Assembly (NCBI GenBank): GCA_040904405.1
Contig: JBBDTK010000018.1
Span: forward strand, 2,090 to 56,007
Source: Solirubrobacterales bacterium
GTDB taxonomy: Bacteria; Actinomycetota; Thermoleophilia; Solirubrobacterales; 70-9
Length of the DNA: 53,918 nucleotides
Direction: 5' to 3'
The position numbers were made by a program, and so were the translations under genes. Each line of letters starts with the position of its first letter. Position 1 is the stretch's first letter. Below the pieces are notes generated by a model. It made no database searches. It saw only the letters and a list, made by a program, of their open reading frames with translations, and had not been told where the DNA came from. Below are positions 33,289 through 41,197 of this stretch, piece by piece.

Positions 33289-33652
33289 CACCCACATCGT
33301 CGCGTGGCTCTACGAGGGCAATGAGCGGCGCATCCCGACGAATGCGCGCGCCCTGCTGGCGGCGGGGCCCGTTTCGGTCTCGCCGATCGTCGAGCTGGAG
33401 CTGACCTATCTGTATGAAGTCAAACGGGTGTCGGAGCCGCCTTCGACGCCGTTGTCAGCACTGAGAGCGTCCATCGGCCTCGAACTCGCCGACGCGCCCC
33501 TGAGCGAGCTCGTCGCCGCCGCGCGAGATCTCTCCTGGACCCGCGACCCCTTCGACCGCCTGATCGCGGCCCACGCGATCCTCGCCAACGCTCCGCTGGT
33601 GACCGCCGACGAGACGATCCGGAAGCACCTCTCGCTGGCGGTCTGGGACTGA
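33275..33652 (+). CDS. PIN-domain (VapC-like) toxin with no canonical start codon upstream of the catalytic Asp
   Basis: The frame opens after TGA 33242-33244. It reads LIQIDTHIVAWLYEG…SPIVELELTYL…TRDPFDRLIAAHAILANAPLVTADETI. The first ATG/GTG/TTG in frame is GTG 33428, downstream of the DTH and E motifs. CTG 33275 is used here as a tentative start. Confidence 0.7.
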   Translation: MIQIDTHIVAWLYEGNERRIPTNARALLAAGPVSVSPIVELELTYLYEVKRVSEPPSTPLSALRASIGLELADAPLSELVAAARDLSWTRDPFDRLIAAHAILANAPLVTADETIRKHLSLAVWD

Positions 33653-33681
33653 GTTGGGCGGGCGCCGCGGCGCCGTCGCCG

Positions 33682-35397
33682 CTACCTCAGCCTGACCACG
33701 CGCACGGCGCGCCCGCCGGGGATCGCGATGACCAGCTTGGCGGCCAGGCCCGGGCGTTCGGCGGCCAGCTTGCGGCCACGGGCGCCGAGCGGGACGCGGA
33801 AGGCATGGGAGCGACCGCCGACGAGGCGGAACTGCCGCCGGGCGATCGCCCGGGTGACCGCCCTGCTGCGGAACCGCCGCCGGCCCTGGCGCCGCACCGC
33901 GAAGCGCTCCCGGATGCGGGCGCGGACGAGGATCTGCCCCGGGCACTGGGTGCCCTGCGGCCACAGGCAGTGGACGTTGACCCGGACCGAGTTGCCGGCC
34001 TGACGGATGCCGGCGAGCGCCAGCGGCACCGGCACGCCGATCGAGCGGCAGCCGAGCAGGCGGTCGGCGCCGCGGCCGATGTTGAGCGCGTAGACGCAGA
34101 CCCGCTGCTTGCCGCTGCCGACGATCGGGAAGCTGGCGTCGAAGCCCGGCGCCGCCGCCCGCGGATAGCTGGCCAGCAGGTCGGTGCGCGGCCCGCCGGC
34201 GACCGGCCCGAGCTCGTAGCGACCGCCGCCGCGCCCCTTGGCGCCGGCGGCCCGGGCGCGGATCGCGAGCGGCTTGCGCGGCGCGTTCGGGTCGAAGGCC
34301 CAGCCGGAGACCCTGACCTGCCCCGGCAGCGGCGACTCGACGATCTCCAACGCCCCCTTGGGGTCGTCAGGCGAGGGCGCCGAGGAGCCGGCGGTCGCGC
34401 CTTCGACGTAGTTGTTGTCGATGTTGATCGTCACCCCGCCCCAGGTCTCGTCGTGACCGCCGTGGTACTGGTGGATGCGCTGGTGCTGGCTCCAGGCGCT
34501 GGCGGGGACGAAGGGGTCGGCGGTGTTCTTCTGCCCGTTCCAGTTGGCGGTCCAGATGTCGTCGGGCTGCGGGTAGGGGGTGCCGATCCGGCTGACCAGG
34601 TCGCGGATCCCCGAGGCGCTGCTGCTGTAGACGCCGGAGTCGTAGCCGAGCGCGTGCAGGCGGGTGGTCCAGGCGGCGAGGAAGGCGAGCGTCGCGCTGG
34701 TCGCGCTGGAGGTGCGCGTGTAGCTCTCCATGTCGTTGTAGATCGGGCTGCCGGGGCCGATCCCGATCGCCTTCGCCTGCGCAACCGCGTCGTTGGCCGC
34801 GGCCGTGCCCTGCAGCGTCGCGCTGGAGGGGCTGAGCTTGGCGCAGGAGGTGCAGCTGGAGGTCGGCGCCTGCAGGCCGACGTAGGTGGGGATCAGGTGC
34901 CAGCCGGCGGCGACGTGTTCGGCGACCCACTTCGCGGTCAGGCTCGGCTGCGAGCAGGCGCGGTTGAGCCCGCCGATGTAGACGCCGACGGCGCGGTAGG
35001 GCGAGGACCTCCAGGCGGTCATCGAGCGCCGCGAGGGCGCCGTGCAGGCGTCGAAGCCGAGCCCGGTGTACTGCGAGGCGGCCGAGATTCGCGCCGGCCG
35101 GACGCGGCTCGCCTGCGCGGCGGCGCGCGAGGCGCGGGCGGCGGCCCCGGGGTCGACCAGGATCGCCCGCCGGCGGCCGATCGCCTCGGCCGGGCAGCGC
35201 TGCGCGGCGCGCGGCCGTCCCAGGTAGACCGCCTTGCGATCCAGCCGCACGCAGGTCCGCGGCCGCTGGTCGAGCCTGATCACCGGCCAGCCCGCGGGCA
35301 CGGCGACATGCTCGCCCTGGAACTGGACGGTTTTCGCGCCGGCGCTCGCGGGCAGAACCGTGGCCAGCGCCAGCACACATATGGCCAGGCGCCGCAT
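33682..35397 (-). CDS. Secreted DUF1906 (Rv2525c-like glycoside-hydrolase-like) domain protein with C-terminal beta-rich extension
   Basis: ATG 35397 is preceded by GGGGGAGAG. The signal peptide is MRRLAICVLALATVLPASAGA. The core is YTGLGFDACTAPS…AVGVYIGG…WHLIPTYVG…YNDMESY…GYDSGVYSS…IWTANWNG…. Confidence 0.8.
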   Translation of the reverse strand: MRRLAICVLALATVLPASAGAKTVQFQGEHVAVPAGWPVIRLDQRPRTCVRLDRKAVYLGRPRAAQRCPAEAIGRRRAILVDPGAAARASRAAAQASRVRPARISAASQYTGLGFDACTAPSRRSMTAWRSSPYRAVGVYIGGLNRACSQPSLTAKWVAEHVAAGWHLIPTYVGLQAPTSSCTSCAKLSPSSATLQGTAAANDAVAQAKAIGIGPGSPIYNDMESYTRTSSATSATLAFLAAWTTRLHALGYDSGVYSSSASGIRDLVSRIGTPYPQPDDIWTANWNGQKNTADPFVPASAWSQHQRIHQYHGGHDETWGGVTINIDNNYVEGATAGSSAPSPDDPKGALEIVESPLPGQVRVSGWAFDPNAPRKPLAIRARAAGAKGRGGGRYELGPVAGGPRTDLLASYPRAAAPGFDASFPIVGSGKQRVCVYALNIGRGADRLLGCRSIGVPVPLALAGIRQAGNSVRVNVHCLWPQGTQCPGQILVRARIRERFAVRRQGRRRFRSRAVTRAIARRQFRLVGGRSHAFRVPLGARGRKLAAERPGLAAKLVIAIPGGRAVRVVRLR

Positions 35398-35471
35398 CTC
35401 TCCCCCCAACCATGCCAGCCGCCAAACGTTTCGGCCTCCATCCAGCTACCGCCGCAAGAGATTTGCCGGGA

Positions 35472-35586
35472 CGGGGCCGTCCCGGTAGGGGTGGAACGTC
35501 TTGTACTTTTTTTGCGAAACCGTTCTCGGACGGCTGACAACTGTCTTCAAAAAAAGCTAAGTGGAACCCCTACCGGGACGGCCCCG
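35472..35586. repeat. 115-bp hairpin repeat, copy 1 (21-bp perfect terminal inverted repeat, inner T7/A7 stem)
   Basis: CGGGGCCGTCCCGGTAGGGGT…CTTTTTTTG…CAAAAAAAG…ACCCCTACCGGGACGGCCCCG. It has the same length and orientation as 38929-39043. The right arm supplies the last five codons and the TAG stop of the acylase gene. Confidence 0.85.
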
Positions 35587-37954
35587 GCACAAGGTCCAAC
35601 TCCAGCCAGGGGCCCTCGCCGGCCATCGGCTGCGTGCGGCCGTCGAGCCAGTCGGCCTGCAGGTCGTCGTAGTGGGGGCTGGCCGGGTGGCCGGACTGGC
35701 CGGTGAACATCTGCCAGCGCGAGCGCTCGGGATCGGTCGGGTCGGCGACCATGCGCCAGCTCGGCGCCCAGACGGCCTTGTAGGGGTCGTTGGGGTCGTA
35801 GGCGATCTGGCTCACGGTCTCCTGCGCGCCGCCCGCCCTGAGGCGGCGGTTGAGCAGCCTGCGCAGCAGCGGATTGGCCTCGCCGAGCGGGTGCGGGAAC
35901 TCCATCTCATGCACGTGTCCCCAGCGCCAGGCCTCGGGATCGGGGCCGAAGCGCTCGCCGAGATCGTCGAGCGCGCCGGCCAGAGCCTCGAGCACGAGCT
36001 CATCCCAGGGCCGGCCGATCAGCTCCTCGTCGCCCTCCGCCCAGAGGCCCATCAGGTGCGAGTGCCAGCGCCAGGGCGAGGTGACGTGCGGCGTGAAGCC
36101 GTTGTCTGCGCGGTCGAGCCAGCGCTCGCAGAGGTCGCGGTCGCCGATCGCCGCGCGGGCGACCTCGCGCGCCAACCGCAGCAGGAAAGCCTGGTAGATC
36201 GTGCCCGCGATCGAGTCGGGGTCGAGCCGGCCGTCCCAGCTGCGCAGCCGCTCCAGCGCGCTCAGCTCGCGCTGCCCCTGCGGCTTCAGCCGGCCGAGCC
36301 GCCGCGCCGCCTCCAGCCCGGGCAGCGAGAGGTTGTCGGACTGCATCGCCTCGAAGCCCTCGATGTCGTGCTCGCCGCCGGCCCGCAGCAGTTCCTCGAT
36401 CCGGCGCGCCCGGAAGCCGTCCAGCCACTCGCTGGTTATGTGGTGCGGGTACTCGTCGCCGACGATCCGGTTGTTGGCGGTGATCAGGTAGCCGCAGGCG
36501 GGGTCGACGACCTCCGGCAGCTCGGCGTAGGGCACCGTCCCCTCCCACTCGAACTCGCCCGTCCAGCCGGGCTTCGGCAGGTCCGGACAGCCGCCCTTGC
36601 GACGCGGCAGGCGGCCGATCAGCTTGTAGCCGATCGAGCCGTGGCGGTCGCCCCAGACGAGGTTGCTGGCCGGCGCCGTGTGGCCCTCCAGGGCTGCCAC
36701 CAGCTGCGACCCGGAGCGGATCCCGTGCAGGTCGAACATCCCCTTGAAGGCGGTCGGCTCGTCGAGCGCGGTCCAGCGCAGGGCGAGCGGCTCCGCCTCG
36801 TCGGCGCCGAGCGCATCGTTGACCAGCGGGCCGTGGTGGGTGAGCCGGACGTCCAGCAGCTCGGGCGCGTCGCGGCCCTTGACCGCGATTTCCTCGCGGA
36901 CCAGCTCCAGCGGCCGCCAATCGCCCTCGAAGAGGTAGCGCCCGTCATCGACCCGCTCGACGAAGAGATCCTGGACGTCGGCCATCACGTTGGTGAAGGT
37001 CCAGCAGACGTCGTTGTTCTGGCCCATGTAGACGCCGGGCATCCCCGGCAGCGAGGCGCCGCGGACGAAGCGATCGCCGAGCGTGAGGCCGACCTGGTAC
37101 CAGATGCCGGGCATGCTCGGCGGCAGGTGCGGGTCGCCGGCGACCAGCGGCGAGCCGGTCGCGCTGAGCGCGCCGCTGACCGCCCAGTTGTTGGAGCCGC
37201 TGGCCTCGGCGGCCATCCCGATCGAGCGCCGCACGGCGTCGATCTGCTCGGCCAGCCCGAGTCCGTCGCCGCTCCACGGTTCGTGGGTCACGATCGGGTT
37301 GTCGGCCGGATAGCCGGGGTCGAGGCGGGCGGCCAGGTCGGGGCCGAGGGCCCGGGTCATGTCGGAGCGCAGCAGCTCCTTCTCCCAGTTGGTCGAGAGG
37401 CCGAAGGCGAGCAACTTGCCGAGGCCGAGGATGTCGGCCGGCCGCCAGGGGGCGAAATCGAGCCGCAGCAGCTGCATCTCGAAGGGCGGCGCCTGGGCGC
37501 TCCCGGCCGCCGCGTTGACGCCGGCGCAGAAGCGCTCCAGCAGGGCGAGCAGCTCGGGGTCGAGTTCGGCCGCCTCGCGCTCGGCCGTGCGCCGCATGCC
37601 CAGCGTCCGCATCAGGCGATCGACCGGAAGCCCCTCCGGGCCGGCGAACTCGGAGACCCGACCGGAGAGGACGCGACGGTAGAAGTCCATCTGCCAGAGC
37701 CGGTCCTGACCGTGGCAGAAGCCCTCGGCGAACCAGAGGTCGGTCGCCTCCTCGACCTCGACGTGGGGCACCCCCCAGCGGTCGCGCCGCACCCGCACCG
37801 GCCCCTCCAGACCGTTGAGCTCGATCGTCCCCTTCGTTCGCGGCAGCGGTCGCCGGGCGAGGAAGTGCCAGGCGACGGCGGTCGCCGCCGCGGCCAGGCC
37901 GGCTCCCGCCGCTCCGGCGAACAGACCCGCACGCGCTGCGCTTCTCCCACTCAT
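35570..37954 (-). CDS. Penicillin acylase family (Ntn-hydrolase, peptidase S45) protein
   Basis: Sequence is WGVPHVEVEE…WFAEGFCHGQDRLWQMD…, with SNNWAV as the processing-site Ser. GDPHL is present. The N-terminus has a hydrophobic anchor or signal. Confidence 0.9.
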   Translation of the reverse strand: MSGRSAARAGLFAGAAGAGLAAAATAVAWHFLARRPLPRTKGTIELNGLEGPVRVRRDRWGVPHVEVEEATDLWFAEGFCHGQDRLWQMDFYRRVLSGRVSEFAGPEGLPVDRLMRTLGMRRTAEREAAELDPELLALLERFCAGVNAAAGSAQAPPFEMQLLRLDFAPWRPADILGLGKLLAFGLSTNWEKELLRSDMTRALGPDLAARLDPGYPADNPIVTHEPWSGDGLGLAEQIDAVRRSIGMAAEASGSNNWAVSGALSATGSPLVAGDPHLPPSMPGIWYQVGLTLGDRFVRGASLPGMPGVYMGQNNDVCWTFTNVMADVQDLFVERVDDGRYLFEGDWRPLELVREEIAVKGRDAPELLDVRLTHHGPLVNDALGADEAEPLALRWTALDEPTAFKGMFDLHGIRSGSQLVAALEGHTAPASNLVWGDRHGSIGYKLIGRLPRRKGGCPDLPKPGWTGEFEWEGTVPYAELPEVVDPACGYLITANNRIVGDEYPHHITSEWLDGFRARRIEELLRAGGEHDIEGFEAMQSDNLSLPGLEAARRLGRLKPQGQRELSALERLRSWDGRLDPDSIAGTIYQAFLLRLAREVARAAIGDRDLCERWLDRADNGFTPHVTSPWRWHSHLMGLWAEGDEELIGRPWDELVLEALAGALDDLGERFGPDPEAWRWGHVHEMEFPHPLGEANPLLRRLLNRRLRAGGAQETVSQIAYDPNDPYKAVWAPSWRMVADPTDPERSRWQMFTGQSGHPASPHYDDLQADWLDGRTQPMAGEGPWLELDLVPGPSR

Positions 37955-37966
37955 CCACCCAGATTA

Positions 37967-37982
37967 CTGGCTGGCCAGCCAG
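37967..37982. promoter_or_regulatory. Perfect 16-nt palindrome CTGGCTGGCCAGCCAG, 13 nt upstream of the acylase start codon
   Basis: Seen directly in the sequence. It could be an operator or a 5'-UTR hairpin. Confidence 0.3.
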
Positions 37983-38000
37983 GATCCCTCCCAACGGAAA

Positions 38001-38046
38001 CGCATCCGACATTGACCACACCTGAATGGGGTCAATGTCGGATGCG
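38001..38046 (-). terminator. 17-bp-stem hairpin downstream of the MBL gene, followed on the minus strand by TTTCCGTT
   Basis: CGCATCCGACATTGACC - 12-nt loop - GGTCAATGTCGGATGCG. It lies 27 nt after the MBL stop codon. The U-tract is weak. Confidence 0.5.
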
Positions 38047-38072
38047 CGTGAGACGGTGGAGCGATCTCTCCG

Positions 38073-38912
38073 CTATTCAGTGATCCCGCCGGGCAGGCGG
38101 TTTTCGGCCGCGAGCTTCTGCAGGTGCGCCTCCATCACCAGGGCGGCGGCCGGTCGCACCTCCGCCGGAGCGTCGTCCCAGACCTCGGCGAGCAGCGCCC
38201 CCCGTGAGCGCTCGCCGCGGTCGAGGGCGGCGAGCAGGCGGCGCTCGCGCATTTCGCGATGCTCGACGTACTCGGCCAGCTTCGCCGCCGGGTCGATGAT
38301 CCAGGGGCCATGGCCGGGACAGATCAGCTCGGGGGCCTCAGCCTGGACGGCGCGGAGCGAGTCCATGTAGGCGGCGAGCGAGCCACCGTCGGGCGGGACG
38401 AAGGTCGAGCCCTCGCCAAGCACCAGGTCCCCCGCAAAGCAGACCCCGTCGTCGGTGAACAGGCAGACGTGGTCCGCAGCATGACCCGGCGTAGCCAACG
38501 CCCGCAACCCGTGGCGCCCCTCGCCCACGGGCAGCCCCCCGGATCCGTGCTCCGACCAATGCTGGAGGTCGCCTCCACGCTCCTCGTCACCCGCAGGCAG
38601 GACGACCGGCGGGCGGACCCCGCCCCTTGCCTCGACCGCAGTCGCCAGCGGCTCGGCCCCGTCCGCATGGTCGCCGTGGCTGTGCGTCAGCAGCACCACC
38701 CCGATCCCACCGCGTCCCTCGGCAGCTTCCCGCACGGCCCCCAGGTGCCCGGCGTCGTCCGGCCCCGGATCGATCACCACACAGGGATCCGACCCATACA
38801 AATAGGTATTCGTCCCATCCAAGGTCATCGGCCCCGGGTTCGGCGCCACGAACCTCAGAATCTCCGCGTGCCCGGGCGCCGCGGTCACATCATCTCCGCC
38901 AGCCTGCGTCAC
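38073..38912 (-). CDS. MBL-fold metallo-hydrolase
   Basis: GTG start. Motifs are TNTYLYG…VVIDPG and LLTHSHGDHADG (HxHxDH), with ATPGHAADH and PGHG downstream. The C-terminal region is helical. Confidence 0.85.
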   Translation of the reverse strand: MTQAGGDDVTAAPGHAEILRFVAPNPGPMTLDGTNTYLYGSDPCVVIDPGPDDAGHLGAVREAAEGRGGIGVVLLTHSHGDHADGAEPLATAVEARGGVRPPVVLPAGDEERGGDLQHWSEHGSGGLPVGEGRHGLRALATPGHAADHVCLFTDDGVCFAGDLVLGEGSTFVPPDGGSLAAYMDSLRAVQAEAPELICPGHGPWIIDPAAKLAEYVEHREMRERRLLAALDRGERSRGALLAEVWDDAPAEVRPAAALVMEAHLQKLAAENRLPGGITE

Positions 38913-38928
38913 GTCGCCGGGCTCTCGA

Positions 38929-39043
38929 TGGGCACGTCCCGGTAGGGGTGGAGCGTCTTGTACTTTTTTTGCGACGACATCCTCGGACGACCACCAACTG
39001 TCTTCAAAAAAAGTTAAGCGGAACCCCTACCGGGACGTGCCCA
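38929..39043. repeat. 115-bp hairpin repeat, copy 2
   Basis: TGGGCACGTCCCGGTAGGGGT…CTTTTTTTG…CAAAAAAAG…ACCCCTACCGGGACGTGCCCA. It lies between the MBL start (38912) and the PafBC-like stop (39056). Confidence 0.85.
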
Positions 39044-39055
39044 GGGGCCGAGTCC

Positions 39056-41116
39056 TCACGCAACGCTCGCTGCGACTTCCGCGGCAATAGCCTCGCGCGC
39101 CTCCGCCGGCTCCAGCACGACCAGGTCGCCGGCGCCGCGCAGCACCTCGCGCACCAGCCACGACGTGCCCGCATAGGGAAGCTCGACCACGACCGCGCCG
39201 TCGGCCAGCTCCTCGACCACGGTGCGCTCCTCGCGCAGCCAGCGGGCGCGCTCGGGCGAGACCCAGACGCGGGCGACCTGCGCGGTCGGCACCTCGCCGT
39301 CGCTCATCCAGCCCTCGACCCCGGCCAGCTCTTCGACCTCGGGCCGCGGCTCGTAGGCCTCCGCGGTCGCCGTCGCCTCCTTGACCCGGTCCAGCTTGAA
39401 GTGGCGGATTCCCTCTTTGGTCAGGTCGAAGCACTCGACGTACCAGCCCTCGCGCCCGTTCTCGAGCCGGTAGGGCTCGACCCGGCGCTTGGTGAACTGG
39501 TCCTCGTTCTCCTTGTAGTACTGGATCTCCAGCACGCGGCGGGCGGCGATCGCATCGTTGACCGCCCGCGCCACCTCGACGTCGCCACCGCCGCCCGAGG
39601 CGATCTCCAGGCCCTCGTGCGAGGGATCGTGGCCGAGCGCCTTGACGATCTTCTCCCGGGCGCTCTGCAGGCCGCCCTGCGGCAGGTGGTCGCCGAAGAG
39701 GTCGATCGCCGCCACCAGCGCCTTCGCCTCCAGCGGCAGCAGCCGCGCCGGGCGGGCGAAGTTGTCGCCGTAGGGCTCGGAGTCGACCGAGATCTCGTCG
39801 CCGAGGACCTCGGCGTAGAGCACGTAGGTGCCGCCGCCGAAGTTGACCACGTTGAGCAGGTCGATGTCCTCCTGCAGCTCCTCCGCGGTCAGCTCGAGCC
39901 GCTGGCGCAGATCGGTGACGCTGAGCCGCTCGCCTTTCTTGGCCGAGTCGATCAGCATGCCGGCGAGGGTGACCAGGCGGGCGAAGCGCTCGGGCCGGAT
40001 CGCCGCCTCGCCGCGGCCGTTGGAGCGCGTGCGCGGCGGCGGCTCGCGCAGCGGCCGGTCGACGACCTCGGCCGGCTCGAAGTCGCTCTGGTGGCGATCG
40101 TGGAGCAGGTCGAGCCGTTCGCGCGCTTCGCTGCTCAGCTCCTCGGGCTCGAGCACGTCGGCGTGTTGGCGCCAGCGCAGGACCCAGGCGATCAGCTCGC
40201 GCGGCGAAGCGTAGTCAGTCTCGAAGACCGAGCCCTTGCCGGGGGCGTCGTCGGCCTTGCGCGCCGGCCGCAGCTCGCCGTACTCGCCGAAGTCGCGCTC
40301 GATCAGCCAGGCGATCCGGTCGCGGACGAAGATCTTCGCGGTGCCGCGGATCTCGCCCAGCTGCCAGTCGGCGCGCTGACCGTAGTCGCGGCGGTCGAAG
40401 TCCTGCGGCGGCGAGAAGTCGTGCTCGGCCTTCGACCCGTAGCCGACCTTACCCTGGATCCGCGAGAGGCGGAAGACCCGCACCGCATCGCGCTCGTGCG
40501 AGTGGCCGATCAGGTAGAACTGGCCGGAGCGGAAGACCAGGTGGTAGGGGTCGACCTTGCGCTTCTCGGTCTCGTCGCGCTCCATCGTGTAATAGGTGAA
40601 GTCGATCGTCTTGCGGCGCGATATCGCGGTCTCGATCTTGGAGAGGCGCTGCGAGAGGTCGCGGCCGCCGGCGGAGGCGGTCATCGCCAGCTCGACCGGG
40701 GCGCGCTCGCCTTCGCTGATCGGGTTGGGATGTCCCCAGGCGACCTGCTGCAGCGCCAGCCGCAGCGGCTCGGCGTAGGCGAAGCCGCCGTCGGTGAGCA
40801 GCGAGAGCGCCGTGCTCAGCGAGGCCAGCTCGTCGTCGGCGAACTCGATCGGGTCGAGGTAGAAGTTCTCCGGCGGCAGCGAGTAGAGCTCGGCCTCGAA
40901 GAACCCCTCGCCCGGTTTCTCCACCCCGAGCTCGATGCCGAGGCTCTCCAGCTCGGCCCGGTCGGCGTAGAAGCGGCGCGCGAAGGCGTCGTCGTTCATG
41001 TCGCTGTAGCCCTCCACCTCGCGCTTGATCTCCAGCGCCGAGACCGGTCTGCCCTGCGCCATCAGGAAGGAGATCAGCGAGAGCTGGCGGATCAGCTTCT
41101 CGGTGTCCTTTGCCAC
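39056..41116 (-). CDS. Fused PafB-PafC-like transcriptional regulator (two HTH-WYL-WCX modules in one polypeptide)
   Basis: The N-terminus is VAKDTEKLIRQLSLISFLMAQGRPVSALEI (HTH). The first WYL-type core is TIDFTYYTMERDETEKRKVDPYHLVFRSGQFYLIGH. The second module is LEIQYYKENEDQFTKRRVEPYRLENGREGWYVECF. The ORF opens at 41170, and GTG 41116 is preferred as the start. Confidence 0.82.
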   Translation of the reverse strand: MAKDTEKLIRQLSLISFLMAQGRPVSALEIKREVEGYSDMNDDAFARRFYADRAELESLGIELGVEKPGEGFFEAELYSLPPENFYLDPIEFADDELASLSTALSLLTDGGFAYAEPLRLALQQVAWGHPNPISEGERAPVELAMTASAGGRDLSQRLSKIETAISRRKTIDFTYYTMERDETEKRKVDPYHLVFRSGQFYLIGHSHERDAVRVFRLSRIQGKVGYGSKAEHDFSPPQDFDRRDYGQRADWQLGEIRGTAKIFVRDRIAWLIERDFGEYGELRPARKADDAPGKGSVFETDYASPRELIAWVLRWRQHADVLEPEELSSEARERLDLLHDRHQSDFEPAEVVDRPLREPPPRTRSNGRGEAAIRPERFARLVTLAGMLIDSAKKGERLSVTDLRQRLELTAEELQEDIDLLNVVNFGGGTYVLYAEVLGDEISVDSEPYGDNFARPARLLPLEAKALVAAIDLFGDHLPQGGLQSAREKIVKALGHDPSHEGLEIASGGGGDVEVARAVNDAIAARRVLEIQYYKENEDQFTKRRVEPYRLENGREGWYVECFDLTKEGIRHFKLDRVKEATATAEAYEPRPEVEELAGVEGWMSDGEVPTAQVARVWVSPERARWLREERTVVEELADGAVVVELPYAGTSWLVREVLRGAGDLVVLEPAEAREAIAAEVAASVA

Positions 41117-41197
41117 GAGCCCAGAATAGTGAGGGCGGGGCGGCGGGCTCCCCGCCCGGACCGCCCTCAAGCCGCACTTTGCGGCCCGGCTGGAGGC

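Noticed and set aside
35472-39043. The two 115-bp repeats as a CRISPR array, as IS termini, or as a coding peptide (PVGVERLVLFLR…NCLQKKLSGTPTGT in the plus frame).
   Set aside because: There are only two copies, 3.4 kb apart, with ordinary genes between them, so this is not CRISPR. No transposase or target-site duplication is present. The conserved plus-frame peptide has no start codon of its own and lies within antisense shadow ORFs.
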